A stretch of DNA of 64,000 bases from an uncultured Candidatus Saccharibacteria bacterium (GCA_964430945.1 CAYSHH010000005.1:334-64333), one strand, 5' to 3'; positions 8,789 through 19,838 are shown, counted from the first letter of the stretch. Notes: generated by a model not told the origin, from the letters alone. Numbers and translations are program-made.

Positions 8789-10597
8789 ATGAAAAGTATT
8801 AGAAATATTGCAATTATTGCACACGTTGATCACGGGAAAACTACACTTGTAGATGGACTTTTAAAACAGTCCAATCTTTTTCGTGATAACCAAGCCGAAA
8901 TGTCTCAACATCTTATCATGGACTCCAACGATCAAGAACGTGAGAGAGGAATTACGATTCTTGCCAAAAATACATCTGTACATTACAAAGATGTAAAAAT
9001 AAATATTATTGATACCCCAGGACACGCTGACTTTGCAGGTGAGGTAGAAAGAACTCTCAATATGGCAGACGGGGCAATACTCGTAATTGATGCCAAAGAG
9101 GGTCCTATGCCTCAAACAAGATTTGTTCTAAAAAAAGCCCTTGAGCTTGGTCTTAAAATTATTGTAGTTGTAAATAAAATTGATAAAGACAATGCACAGG
9201 TACAAGACGTGATAAACAGAACCAATGATCTTTTTTTGGATTTAGCTCAAGACGAATCACAGCTCGATTTTCCAATATTTTTTTCTATCGCAAAAGCCGG
9301 AAAAGCATGGAGCGAAATGCCGACTGACTTCAATAGTAATGGTGATTTATTGGTAATTTTTGATGCAATTATTGAACACATACCGGAACCAAAGACAAAT
9401 CCAGAAGGAAATTTTCAAATGCTTGTATCAGCCCTTGACTGGGATGATTACTTGGGAAAATATGCAATTGGCAAAGTTACGCGCGGTATTGCCAAAGAGA
9501 AAATGGGAATATCGATAGTCAATCCCAATGGTGTTAAAGAAAGCACAACCATAGAAAGGCTTTTTATTAGCAATGGCCTTAAGCGTGAGCGAGTAACTGA
9601 AGCAAAACCAGGTGATATAGTATCGATTACTGGACTAAAAAATATTTCGATTGGTGACACTCTGGCCGATAGAAATAATCCGGAAGCATTACCTTCAATA
9701 AAAATTGCCGAACCGACACTTTCGATGTCTATATCAGCAAATACTTCTCCATTTGCTGGCCGCGAGGGTGAATTTGTAACCAGTAGACAAATCCTAGAAA
9801 GAATAGAGAAAGAACTTGAAACAAATGTTTCAATGAAAATGGAAGCAAGAGGTAATGAATATGTGGTTTCTGGACGAGGCGAATTACATCTGTCAGTATT
9901 TATTGAAAATCTAAGAAGAGAAGGATATGAACTCCAAGTTGGTCGTCCACAGGTGATCACGAAAAATATCGATGGCAAAGAATGCGAACCTCTTGAGGAA
10001 GTAACTGTCGAAGTATCAGCCGAATATGTAAACGCGATAGTAACAGAAATCATAAAACGACGTGGATCAATAATGTCCCAAGAACAACTTAGTGATGGAA
10101 ACAGTTTGGTAGTGGCTGAAATGACTACTCGTGCAACTTTGGGTCTACGAAGTGAACTCCTAACTGCATCGAAAGGAACAGCCGTAGTAAATAGTATATT
10201 TTTGAGATATGAACCAATCGGTGAAGCTTTGCCAAAATTGAGAAATGGTGTTTTGGTCGCATCAGAAGATGGAAAAGCTGTAACATACGGGCTAGACAAT
10301 GCTCAAGGCCGAGGAATTACTTTTATACCACCTCAAACTCAAGTTTATCGCGGTATGATTGTTGGACTTAATAAAAAAGAGAATGATCTGGATATAAATG
10401 TCGCCAAAGAGAAAAAACTTACCAACATTCGTTCTTCAAATGCCGATATCTCAGTAATACTTACACCACCTAAAATACTGTCGCTTGAAGAATGTATTGA
10501 TTTCTTGGCAGATGACGAACTTCTCGAAGTCACTCCGAAAAGTTTGAGACTTCGCAAAAAATTTCTTGATCCACTCCAAAGAAGACGTGCTAAATAA
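8789..10597 (+). CDS. typA: translational GTPase TypA/BipA
   Basis: N-terminal AHVDHGKTTL, DTPGHADF and NKIDK motifs. 602 aa with the TypA-specific C-terminal domain. Confidence 0.93.
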   Translation: MKSIRNIAIIAHVDHGKTTLVDGLLKQSNLFRDNQAEMSQHLIMDSNDQERERGITILAKNTSVHYKDVKINIIDTPGHADFAGEVERTLNMADGAILVIDAKEGPMPQTRFVLKKALELGLKIIVVVNKIDKDNAQVQDVINRTNDLFLDLAQDESQLDFPIFFSIAKAGKAWSEMPTDFNSNGDLLVIFDAIIEHIPEPKTNPEGNFQMLVSALDWDDYLGKYAIGKVTRGIAKEKMGISIVNPNGVKESTTIERLFISNGLKRERVTEAKPGDIVSITGLKNISIGDTLADRNNPEALPSIKIAEPTLSMSISANTSPFAGREGEFVTSRQILERIEKELETNVSMKMEARGNEYVVSGRGELHLSVFIENLRREGYELQVGRPQVITKNIDGKECEPLEEVTVEVSAEYVNAIVTEIIKRRGSIMSQEQLSDGNSLVVAEMTTRATLGLRSELLTASKGTAVVNSIFLRYEPIGEALPKLRNGVLVASEDGKAVTYGLDNAQGRGITFIPPQTQVYRGMIVGLNKKENDLDINVAKEKKLTNIRSSNADISVILTPPKILSLEECIDFLADDELLEVTPKSLRLRKKFLDPLQRRRAK

Positions 10598-10692
10598 TAT
10601 TTTCACTAATTGACGTATTGGTGTTTTTATGGTAATCTTCCAATGCGTTATTTTTGTGTGTTTAAAAAACTAAAAGAAAGAGGGACAAAAAT

Positions 10693-10998
10693 ATGACGAC
10701 ATGGTTTGAGACAACCCAAGACATCTTTGATTTTTTGGTGGAAACCAAGGGAATTATACCCAAGACAATTAAAGAATGTGAGGTACCACCGGTTTATAAT
10801 CTTTCTGATCTTCTAAGGCTTAGTCGCCCAAATATCACAGATGATGAAAGGCAGAGAATAACCAGCCAATATCCACCTCAGCAAGGCTATACGGCTAAAA
10901 ATAATGATGGAGAATCCGTAGAATTTGTTATCAGACCGTATATGCAAGGGTTTGATTGTATGATCATGCGTGGCAATAAATTTGCTACAAGATTATAA
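10693..10998 (+). CDS. hypothetical protein
   Basis: 101-aa ORF with RBS AAGAAAGAGGGA upstream. Confidence 0.5.
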   Translation: MTTWFETTQDIFDFLVETKGIIPKTIKECEVPPVYNLSDLLRLSRPNITDDERQRITSQYPPQQGYTAKNNDGESVEFVIRPYMQGFDCMIMRGNKFATRL

Positions 10999-11017
10999 AT
11001 TTGACATTATATGCAAA

Positions 11018-11044
11018 AGCCGTTGGCAGAGCCAACGGCTTTTT
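11018..11044. terminator. bidirectional terminator between convergent genes
   Basis: agccgttggcagagccaacggct flanked by A- and T-runs. Confidence 0.6.
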
Positions 11045-11107
11045 AAGTTGATCGAAAAATATTGTTTGATAAAATTAAGTCATCTTGTCTGTTTAAGATA
11101 AAGCGTG

Positions 11108-12506
11108 CTAACAAATTACATGCTTGGCAGATGATTTTTTAAGTTCACCTTCTGTTCTCTTTCCGCCAAGTATTTTACATGCTTCTATGATGTCATCGTA
11201 GAGAATATTTGCCATATCACGAGAAAAGTTCTCTTTGACAACCATGCGCATAATAGTAATGGGGTCTGCCTTGGGTGGTAAAGTGTAAGCCGGTATTATC
11301 CAGCCGCGTTCACGAAGCTTGTTCGATAAATCAAAAAGCGTAAATTTTTCTTTACTTTTAAGTTTTACTGCGACAACTGGCAAAAGTTGAGTCGGATTTA
11401 AAGTATCAAAGAGCTCAGTCTCCATAAGACGTTTTGAGAGATATTGAGCATTCTCAATAACATTTTCAGCGATACGAGTATAACCCTCTTTGCCAAGACG
11501 AAGAAAATTGTAATATTGCGCAATGACCATCGACGATCCACGTGAAAAATTAAGAGTATATGTCGGCATTTGACCACCAAGATAATTCACTGTAAAAACA
11601 ATATCATCAGGTACATCAGTTTCATCACGAAACACTAGCCAACCAATACCTGGGTAAACCAGGCCATATTTATGCCCAGAAACATTTATAGATTTAACCT
11701 GTTCAAGCCTAAAATCCCATTCAACATCAGGATAAACGAATGGTGCAATAAATCCACCCGACGCACCATCAACATGGATTGGAATATCCCATCCTTTTTC
11801 TGTTTTTACTTTGAGTAGATAATTGTTGATACCCTTAATATCATCATATTGACCTGTAAATGTAGTACCTAAAATCGCACCGACACAGATAGTGTTTTCA
11901 TCAACGCGTCGAGAAATTTCTTTTGGTCCAATTGTATAGCGACCTATTTCCATGGGTATAATACGTGCTTCAACATCAAAATACTTGGCAAATTTTTCCC
12001 AACAGACATGAACATCTGCACCAAAAACTATATTTGGTTTATCAAATTTTTTGCCAGTCTTTTTTCTTTTATTGATCCATGTCCATTTATGTGCCAAGAG
12101 TCCAAGCATTATTGCTTCTGATGAACCAATTGTGGCAGTACCTACTGATTTCTTATCCTGAGGAGCTCTAAAAAGTCGAGCCATCATGTTAACTACCCTC
12201 TGATGAATAACTTCGGTTTGAGGATATTCGTCGTGATCTATAAAATTTTTATTGATATTTTCTGCGATAAGTTTATTGGCCTCTGGCTCCATCCAAGTAG
12301 TACAAAAACTAGCTAGATTTAACGATTGGTTACCGTCCATATTGAGTTCATCATGAACTAATTGATAAGCAGCATTTGCTGGTATAGTATGTTCTGGCAT
12401 CTCATACTTGGGGATAGCCTGATGAAAATATCTCTCCGAATAAGTTGATGAATGGCCTTGTTCCTGAGGTTCGAGATCGTCAAGATTTCTTTTTTGAATT
12501 AACATA
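11108..12506 (-). CDS. gad: glutamate decarboxylase (PLP-dependent, GadA/GadB family)
   Basis: [17 protein letters not shown]-lysine motif. Start set at MLIQKRN, 6 nt after GGGGAA. Confidence 0.85.
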
Positions 12507-12555
12507 ATAATTCCCCTTGTTAAATACAAATTTAAGACTTTTATTTTATTTAAAC

Positions 12556-12717
12556 TTATTTGTAACGATACCGGATAAATTCCATCTCACGATAAGTATA
12601 TTTGTCTTTACTAGCAAGTGAATACTGGGTGAGAGTGATAAACAAGAGAATCATGATTAGGAAAATAAACGCAAGCAAAGTAAGAGTAATAAAACTCCAT
12701 TCGTTTTTACTTAACAT
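12556..12717 (-). CDS. 53-aa single-TM peptide between the gad genes (not in the ORF track)
   Basis: Reads [53 protein letters not shown]. Overlaps the antiporter stop in another frame. Confidence 0.3.
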   Translation of the reverse strand: MLSKNEWSFITLTLLAFIFLIMILLFITLTQYSLASKDKYTYREMEFIRYRYK

Positions 12718-14128
12718 TTAATACCTCTCTTTCTTTTTGTGTGGGCTTCCAACTTGATTTTCTAAAGTGATAGATAATCAGTGGAATAGAACACATCACA
12801 ATAATACCTGTGGCTAAAAATATATGATACATGGTCAATCCCCGACCGTCTAATGGTTGTGGTGGTACAAAACCAATACCGATTGCAAATATTGCAGTCA
12901 AAAGCCCGACGCCTGCTACTATCCACATACCGGCATTCCCGCCAGGAACTTTGAACGCTCTTTCTACATATGCGCGAGTATAACGAAGACGAATTGCAGA
13001 TATAAACATAAGAATATACATGACCAAATACAACTGTACCGTAAGTGCCGATAAAATCCAAAACGAACTAGAGACTGAAGGCATGAAAAGAAAAACCATA
13101 GATACTAAAGTTACAATAACACCTTGGAAGTATAAAATATTTACTTGTACACCATTTTTGTTGATACGTTGGAAAAATTTCGGTAAATTTCCTTCATCAG
13201 CAGTACTAAGAAGTGATTTCGAAGGTCCAGCAATCCAGGTCGAAACTTGAGCAACCATTCCGGGGGCTGCAAAAAGGGCAAGGATTGGGACTAACCATTT
13301 TAGACCCAATGCGGTGTAAACTTTCATGAATGTTTGCATAATACCTGCTGTAAGAGAAATTTCCTCTGCTGGAAGTATAACTGCAATAGAAAGTGCGCCA
13401 AGCATAAATATAGCAATAATTATTATTGCTGAAATCAATATCGCTTTTGGATAATCTTTCTGAGGATTTTCGACTTCTTGAGCGTGGGTGGCTGAAACTT
13501 CCATGCCAGCAAAGAAAAGTATCAGACCGGAAAAGAAAACTATATTTTGAGTATTGAAAGTAGGTACAAATGATTGCCAATCGAAGCTAATCTCAGATGG
13601 ATGACCAGTGGCAACCCAAACGATTGCAGTAATAACAATGATTCCAAACGGGATAATTACACCGGATATTGTACCAATCTTGGTAAGGGCAGCTGAGGCT
13701 TTAAGACCTCTGAAGTTCCAAAATGTTGCTCCCCAATAGATAAATAAAATTATAAACATCGTAAAATAAGGATTATCAGCAAGGACTGGATCATTGAAAA
13801 GATAAGCAATAACTGCTGCTGTTGCAGCAAGTGCAGTAGGATAAAAAACTAGATTTTGAGCCCATTGAAGCCAAGTAGCTGTGAAACCCCATTTTTGACC
13901 CAGGGCTTCTTTGACCCATACGTAAATACCGCCTCGTTTTGGCCAGCCAGTTGCAAGTTCGGCTGACACGAGCGATGATGGTACAAGAAATAATAATACA
14001 GCCAACAAAAGAAAGAAAACAATCGAAGTACCATATTCAGCCATCATTGGAAGACCACGAAGCGAACAAATCAAGGCAACGTTAATCATCACAATACCAA
14101 ACATGGTAAGAACTTTTTTCTTAGACAT
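12707..14128 (-). CDS. APC-family amino-acid antiporter (GadC-like)
   Basis: 473 aa with ~12 TM helices and an N-terminal pattern typical of APC permeases. Adjacent to and co-oriented with gad. Confidence 0.75.
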   Translation of the reverse strand: MSKKKVLTMFGIVMINVALICSLRGLPMMAEYGTSIVFFLLLAVLLFLVPSSLVSAELATGWPKRGGIYVWVKEALGQKWGFTATWLQWAQNLVFYPTALAATAAVIAYLFNDPVLADNPYFTMFIILFIYWGATFWNFRGLKASAALTKIGTISGVIIPFGIIVITAIVWVATGHPSEISFDWQSFVPTFNTQNIVFFSGLILFFAGMEVSATHAQEVENPQKDYPKAILISAIIIIAIFMLGALSIAVILPAEEISLTAGIMQTFMKVYTALGLKWLVPILALFAAPGMVAQVSTWIAGPSKSLLSTADEGNLPKFFQRINKNGVQVNILYFQGVIVTLVSMVFLFMPSVSSSFWILSALTVQLYLVMYILMFISAIRLRYTRAYVERAFKVPGGNAGMWIVAGVGLLTAIFAIGIGFVPPQPLDGRGLTMYHIFLATGIIVMCSIPLIIYHFRKSSWKPTQKEREVLNVK

Positions 14129-14208
14129 GTAACCCCTCCTTAAATAATAAGATCTAATAATTTAATCGTTTTTTTTATTATATCAAAAATTGATTTAATT
14201 TGAGAACT

Positions 14209-15423
14209 TTATTCGTACCGTAAGGCATCAATGGGATTCAATTTGGCTGCTTTTCGAGCCGGATAATATCCAAAGATTATTCCAATAATTGTAGCAATAC
14301 CAACTGATATTAAGATTGAAGAAGTTTTTACAATAAAGGGGATTCCTAGTGCATTTGATCCTAAATATGCCGCAAATATCCCAATAGCCGTACCAATAAA
14401 TCCACCCGTTAAAGTCACAACGATAGCTTCTATCAAAAATTGGACAAGAATATTTTTATTGGTTGCACCAATTGCTTTTAGAAGCCCAATCTCGCGAGTT
14501 CGCTCAGTGACAATAACCATCATAATATTCATGATACCTATGCCTCCTACAAGCAAAGAAATAGCTGCAATAATCGCTAATATCATGGTTAGTGTCCCAG
14601 TGATACTCGTCAAAGTCGAAACCATTTCTTGAGCACTTCTAATGTTGAAATCTGCATCATCAGAACTAACAATGCCATGTTGCTTGAGCATAAAATTTTC
14701 AAGATTTGCAATTGTGTTTTCTACTATTTCGGAGTCAGTTGCAAGAATAATAATACTACTTGGTTCATCAACTCCAAACGCAATCTTCATTGCAGTATTT
14801 AAAGGTATAAAAATCGATTCATCGGGGTTGTTAAAACTACTTTCACCAACTTCGTTTAATAGTCCTACGATTTTATAATTTGTTGAATCAATTTTTATTT
14901 TTTGACCAACAGGATTCACTCCTTCACCGAATAGGTCTTCGGCTACTGTATACCCAATTACAGCAATTCTTGATAAGCTATTTTCCTGCGAAGAGCTAAT
15001 AAAGCTTCCGTTTTTCATACTCAACCCGTAGATATCTAAATAATTAGCTTGGACGCCAAGAATAGTTGATGTTGTAGATAGTTTGTTGGCAGCAACCGTT
15101 TTTGAGCTACTGACGGTGGCTGTGATATCATCAATATTTTCGATATTGGATTTTTTAATTGCTTCCATATCATCCATCGTGAGACTATCAGAACTTCCAG
15201 ACATTACTGGACCTGATCTTTGTTTGGCTCCAGAAATGGTAATAATATTTGTTCCCAATCCAGAAACCTGATCCACAACAGATTGGGTAGCACCATCTCC
15301 GACAGCAATAATGGCGATAACTGCTGCGATACCGATAATGATACCAAGCATAGTCAATATTGTTCTGAATAGATTACTTCTTAGTGAATTGAAAGCTAGG
15401 ATTATTAGTTCTTTGGTATTCAT
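14209..15423 (-). CDS. MacB/FtsX-family ABC transporter permease
   Basis: N-terminal TM, a large periplasmic domain, and a C-terminal FtsX-type 3-TM bundle. Confidence 0.8.
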   Translation of the reverse strand: MNTKELIILAFNSLRSNLFRTILTMLGIIIGIAAVIAIIAVGDGATQSVVDQVSGLGTNIITISGAKQRSGPVMSGSSDSLTMDDMEAIKKSNIENIDDITATVSSSKTVAANKLSTTSTILGVQANYLDIYGLSMKNGSFISSSQENSLSRIAVIGYTVAEDLFGEGVNPVGQKIKIDSTNYKIVGLLNEVGESSFNNPDESIFIPLNTAMKIAFGVDEPSSIIILATDSEIVENTIANLENFMLKQHGIVSSDDADFNIRSAQEMVSTLTSITGTLTMILAIIAAISLLVGGIGIMNIMMVIVTERTREIGLLKAIGATNKNILVQFLIEAIVVTLTGGFIGTAIGIFAAYLGSNALGIPFIVKTSSILISVGIATIIGIIFGYYPARKAAKLNPIDALRYE

Positions 15424-16127
15424 GCTTGTTTATTTCTTATATCATTAATAATTTTTCCGTCACGCAATTCTATAATTCGTGATGCGTATTTTGCAATATC
15501 CTCCTCGTGAGTTATCAATATCACAGTATTTCCTTGCTTATTTAATTCTTGAATAAATTGCATAACTTCGTGAGACGTTGTAGTGGGTAAATTACCAGTA
15601 GGCTCGTCAGCTAGGAGAATTGATGGATGCATAATGAGTGCACGCGCCACAGCAACACGTTGGATTTGACCTCCGGAAAGCTGGTTTGAGAGATTGTCAA
15701 CTTTATTTTCTAGTCCAACCACTTTCAGAACTTCCATAATTCTTTTTCTTCTAACGTCCGCTGGAATGTTTGCATAAAACATAGGGCGTTCAATATTTTT
15801 ATAAACAGATGTTTTTTTCAAAAGATTGAAACTTTGAAAAATGAACCCAATTTCTTTATTTCTGATGTGAGCTCTTTCGTCTTCATCATATTTGCTAATT
15901 TCTTTTTGATTGAGATAATACTGGCCAGATGTTGGGTCATCTAAAAGTCCAATAATATTCATAAGAGTTGATTTCCCTGATCCCGATGCACCAATGATGG
16001 CAACAAATTCACCTCTTTTAATATCGAAATCAACCAGTTTTAGTGCTTCAAACTTCACGTCTCCTGTCACATATGTTTTTCCAATATGTTTTAAAGAAAT
16101 TATAGTATCATCGGTGTGGTTTTTCAT
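15420..16127 (-). CDS. ABC transporter ATP-binding protein (MacB/LolD-like)
   Basis: GASGSGKSTL Walker A and LSGGQIQRVAVARAL signature. 4-nt overlap with the permease gene. Confidence 0.85.
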   Translation of the reverse strand: MKNHTDDTIISLKHIGKTYVTGDVKFEALKLVDFDIKRGEFVAIIGASGSGKSTLMNIIGLLDDPTSGQYYLNQKEISKYDEDERAHIRNKEIGFIFQSFNLLKKTSVYKNIERPMFYANIPADVRRKRIMEVLKVVGLENKVDNLSNQLSGGQIQRVAVARALIMHPSILLADEPTGNLPTTTSHEVMQFIQELNKQGNTVILITHEEDIAKYASRIIELRDGKIINDIRNKQA

Positions 16128-16153
16128 GTTCAGATAATTATATTAATAATTTT

Positions 16154-17485
16154 TTAATTTTGTGCTGGTGGACCGCCCTGTCCGCCATCCATAATGCCAC
16201 CACCAAGAGAGAAACCAGAACCAGAGTTTGAGCTACTAGAAGATGTGGTAGCAGTTTTATGTTCAAGCGCTACAATATCACCTTCATTGAGACCTGACGT
16301 AATTTCAGTATATGTATCTCCGACAAGACCAGTCTCAATATTTGTCTTGGCTACTTCGCCAGTTTGACTATTGTATTTGAGTACGTATTGTTGATTATTA
16401 AATGTCTGAATATAATCGTTTGAAATCATGAGAATGCCTTCTGCTTTTTCGGTTTCAATATCAACAGTTGCCGACATAGCTGGCTTGATCTTATCGTCAG
16501 CATTTGTGATCTTTGTATGAACGTCAAACAGCACTAAACCAGAATCGCTACTACCGACATCATCGATTGCATATACTTCTCCTTCATAATCCTTGTCGCT
16601 AATAGCATCTAGAGTGATTGTTGCTTTTTGGCCGATTTTAATTTTATCCAGATCAACTTCATTGATGGATATATCGACAGTTACATCACCAGATTGTTTA
16701 AGCATAAGTACGCTACTTCCACTAGAAGTTGATGAAGATGATGTGCTACTAGTAGAACTACCATTAGATGAACCACTGACTTCTTGTCCAACAACCAAAG
16801 AAAAATTTGTTACAGTTCCTGCAACAGGGGCTTTAACTATCCCGCTTGTCAGCTGATCATATGAATACCAAGAAGCGTTGTATTTGGCCTGTGCTGATGC
16901 TATCTCATTGCCCAAATTGTTATAATCGTTATCAGCTTTTGCAAGATTTAATTTTGCAATTGAAAGATCCGATTCAAGTGCATTTTTTTCATTTTCAGAA
17001 TATTTATCCGGATTATCATTTTTATCGTCAACTTTATCTTGCGCCATATACACTGATTTCTTTGCTGATTCGATATTTGCCTCATATGTAGTACCTTTTT
17101 GTTTGGCCTCGTTTAAGGAATTTTTTGCTGTAATATAGTTTGAGTAAGCTGTTGCTATTTCTTCATCGGTTGCAATTGAGTCAACTTTGAATAATTGTTG
17201 ATCTTTGGAAACAGCATCGCCATTTGACACGTATATTTCTTTTACGACCCCAGAGACTGAACTAGTAACTTCATATAGGGAAGAACTGGATATTGTTCCT
17301 GATTCAGAAATTGAATTTGCAATATCGCCTTTTTCAATCGGGGACGTTGTATAGCTAGCAACTTCCTTGCCTGTACCAGTAAAAAAATAAAAATATGTAA
17401 GTATTAAGATGATTATAATACCACCGATAGCAATAAATTTATTATAGTTTTTTTTATGTTTAGTGTGTGTCTCATTTTCAATCAT
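16154..17485 (-). CDS. HlyD/MacA-like periplasmic adaptor (membrane fusion protein)
   Basis: N-terminal TM, a coiled-coil segment, and lipoyl/beta-barrel-like segments. Also has an S/T-rich linker and a G-rich tail. Confidence 0.65.
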   Translation of the reverse strand: MIENETHTKHKKNYNKFIAIGGIIIILILTYFYFFTGTGKEVASYTTSPIEKGDIANSISESGTISSSSLYEVTSSVSGVVKEIYVSNGDAVSKDQQLFKVDSIATDEEIATAYSNYITAKNSLNEAKQKGTTYEANIESAKKSVYMAQDKVDDKNDNPDKYSENEKNALESDLSIAKLNLAKADNDYNNLGNEIASAQAKYNASWYSYDQLTSGIVKAPVAGTVTNFSLVVGQEVSGSSNGSSTSSTSSSSTSSGSSVLMLKQSGDVTVDISINEVDLDKIKIGQKATITLDAISDKDYEGEVYAIDDVGSSDSGLVLFDVHTKITNADDKIKPAMSATVDIETEKAEGILMISNDYIQTFNNQQYVLKYNSQTGEVAKTNIETGLVGDTYTEITSGLNEGDIVALEHKTATTSSSSSNSGSGFSLGGGIMDGGQGGPPAQN

Positions 17486-17498
17486 AATATTCCTTTAA

Positions 17499-17819
17499 TT
17501 AATTACTTGTCATTCCTTGATCTGATCCGGGTGGCATACCACCGGTTGGTCTATTTTGCATCATTTGTTGTCTTTCTTCGTCCGTCATATTGTCCATCTT
17601 TTCACGCATCGCTTCGCGCTCAGCGTCAGTCATGTTGGCCCCAGGTCCTCTATCGGCTGGTGATTCTATACCAAGGAGGTTCATAACACCTTGATTGTTG
17701 GATTTAACCAATTGCCTCATGGTAATCATAGTACCGAGAACCAATATTAAGCATGCAATAACCCAGAACCACCATAATTTATAAAATGGTTTGTCAGATG
17801 TATTTACTGTTTTTTCCAT
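17499..17819 (-). CDS. small N-terminally anchored membrane protein
   Basis: 106 aa with a TM helix, then a repeated MTD(A/E)ERE motif. First gene of the efflux operon. Confidence 0.45.
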   Translation of the reverse strand: MEKTVNTSDKPFYKLWWFWVIACLILVLGTMITMRQLVKSNNQGVMNLLGIESPADRGPGANMTDAEREAMREKMDNMTDEERQQMMQNRPTGGMPPGSDQGMTSN

Positions 17820-17955
17820 AATTGAACCTTTCTTTTTTTATATATAAATAAAGTCTTCTACGAATAAGAAGCTTTTCTGAACAATAATTACAATAAAAAA
17901 AAATATTTAGTTCAAGTGTACTAAAGTAACATCTTTCGTGTATTATATAGTATGC

Positions 17956-18516
17956 ATGAGTAAAAAAATGTCTGATGAAAAGCTGGCAAGTCTAAGCTTA
18001 AATGAAGAAAAATATTTCGAGGAAATAATTGAAAGATACACAGAAAAAATCAGAAGATATGTTGCCCGATTGATTGGCAACTGGCAGGAATCGGAGGATA
18101 TAACACAAGAAGTATTCATTAAGGCTTATGAAAATATCGCATCGTTTAATCCAAAAATGCGCTTTTCTTCTTGGGTATATAGGATTGCTCACAACGAAAG
18201 TGTCAACTTTATTAAAAAACACTATAAAACGCAAAACGTTGAATTTAATGACGAGGTTAAGAATAGGTTTCACGAAGACAACGAAGCACTATCAAAAATT
18301 TTTCAAAATGAAAATAAGTCCCTCGTCCGCGGTGGGCTTTTTAGCTTAAATGAGACTGACAGAGAAATATTAGAACTTTATTATTTTGAAGAAAAGTCAT
18401 ACCTCGAAATAGCTGATATATTGGAAATAAGTATCAATTCCGTAGGTCCCAAGATTAAACGTGCAAAAGACAAACTCAAAAATATTATCAAAAAACAGAA
18501 TCAATTAATTATATAA
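17956..18516 (+). CDS. ECF-type sigma-70 family RNA polymerase sigma factor
   Basis: Region 2 (DITQEVFIKAYENIASFNP...SWVYRIAHNESVNFIKK) and region 4 HTH (SYLEIADILEISINSVGPKIKRAKDKLK). Start uncertain. Confidence 0.8.
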   Translation: MSKKMSDEKLASLSLNEEKYFEEIIERYTEKIRRYVARLIGNWQESEDITQEVFIKAYENIASFNPKMRFSSWVYRIAHNESVNFIKKHYKTQNVEFNDEVKNRFHEDNEALSKIFQNENKSLVRGGLFSLNETDREILELYYFEEKSYLEIADILEISINSVGPKIKRAKDKLKNIIKKQNQLII

Positions 18517-18546
18517 ATAATTAATAAAAGAAATATATTGTAAATT

Positions 18547-19311
18547 ATGAGTAAGTTATCAGAAAAAATTAAATCGAAGTTAAAGAATGTCAAACCAAAA
18601 CCAAAATGGCAATTTGTGGGTTATGAACTAGCCAAAGAAATTGTATTGGTATTGCTTTGGATTTTAGCTGTCGTCGGTGTTGGCATGGTGATATACATTG
18701 TATCTCATCAAAATCCTTGGGAGTTTTTACCTCCAAAAACTATTTTTTGGAATGGGCTTATTGGGCTGCCATGGGAAATGATCGCAATACTAGCAGCTTT
18801 GATATTTATAATATTCTTAATAACTAGAAAGATAAGTTTTGTTTATAGAAATAATTCTTGGGTTATACTTATCCTCATATGTAGCTCTGTTGCAGCTGGA
18901 TATTTTATAATTGAAAAAACTGGTCTCAATGAACAGCTTAGCAATATTCAAATGGCTGAAGAAATATATATGAGAGGTGGAAAATTCATTGCACCGGACC
19001 GAGGCCCAGTACTTATTGGTAGAATCGAAAATATTAAAAACCCTAAATCATTATGGATTGTGCGCGATATGTTCAGTAACGACTGGAATGTAATTATTAC
19101 TGAAGATACACGCTTTCCGCTCAGGGCTCAATTTAATGAGGGAAACTTAGTTAAAATTGATGGTATAAAAAATAATCATACTATAGAAGCTTTCGCAATA
19201 GATGGACTCAATGAGGAAGCTAGGGGCTTTAAACATGGGTGGAAAATTAAGATCCATATCGCACCGCAAGAAAAGCCACTAATTGACGAGAACAACAATG
19301 TACTAAATTAA
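18547..19311 (+). CDS. membrane protein, candidate anti-sigma factor (inference from position only)
   Basis: 254 aa with a cytoplasmic K-rich N-terminus, 3-4 TM helices and an extracytoplasmic C-terminal domain. Immediately downstream of the ECF sigma gene. Confidence 0.35.
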   Translation: MSKLSEKIKSKLKNVKPKPKWQFVGYELAKEIVLVLLWILAVVGVGMVIYIVSHQNPWEFLPPKTIFWNGLIGLPWEMIAILAALIFIIFLITRKISFVYRNNSWVILILICSSVAAGYFIIEKTGLNEQLSNIQMAEEIYMRGGKFIAPDRGPVLIGRIENIKNPKSLWIVRDMFSNDWNVIITEDTRFPLRAQFNEGNLVKIDGIKNNHTIEAFAIDGLNEEARGFKHGWKIKIHIAPQEKPLIDENNNVLN

Positions 19312-19415
19312 AATTAGGGTTGTAATACTTATTGAAGCTCGAGCGGACATAAAAAATTAAAGACTATCTTAACAATAGTTTTTAAAAATAAAAGCTAATA
19401 TCAATAAGGAAACAA

Positions 19416-19838
19416 ATGAATAAAGTATCAAAAATAGCAATCTTAGGTTCTGCACTTGCCATCGTTGGAACACTTGGCTATACAGCATTCGCAGCTAATA
19501 CCAACGATGCAAATGGTAACGGAAGACAAAACATGTTAGACAATGCGGTTCAAAACGGTGTTATCGATGAAACAACTAAAAATAATCTAGAAGCATTCAA
19601 TCATGAACAAATGCAAAATGAAATGAACGATATGATAAAAACAAAACTAAGTAACTCGGTAACTGACGGAACGATCACACAAGAAGAATCTGATACAATC
19701 CAATCCTGGTACGATGCCAAACCGGAAGCAGTCAGCAAATTAAAAGGATTGGGGTTTGGTGAAATGGGTAGATTTGGCAGCAAAGGTCACGGAATGGGAA
19801 ATCCCAATGATAATACTGTAAATACAGAGACTCAATAA
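19416..19838 (+). CDS. secreted hypothetical protein
   Basis: Signal peptide MNKVSKIAILGSALAIVGTLGYTAFA, then a N/Q/T-rich mature part. Confidence 0.5.
   Translation: MNKVSKIAILGSALAIVGTLGYTAFAANTNDANGNGRQNMLDNAVQNGVIDETTKNNLEAFNHEQMQNEMNDMIKTKLSNSVTDGTITQEESDTIQSWYDAKPEAVSKLKGLGFGEMGRFGSKGHGMGNPNDNTVNTETQ

Noticed and set aside
9448-10299. 283-aa ORF on the minus strand inside typA
   Set aside because: It is antisense to a confidently identified gene. The protein is low-complexity and Ser/Pro-rich with no RBS. Shadow ORFs of this kind also occur inside dnaE, the radical SAM gene and the permease genes.
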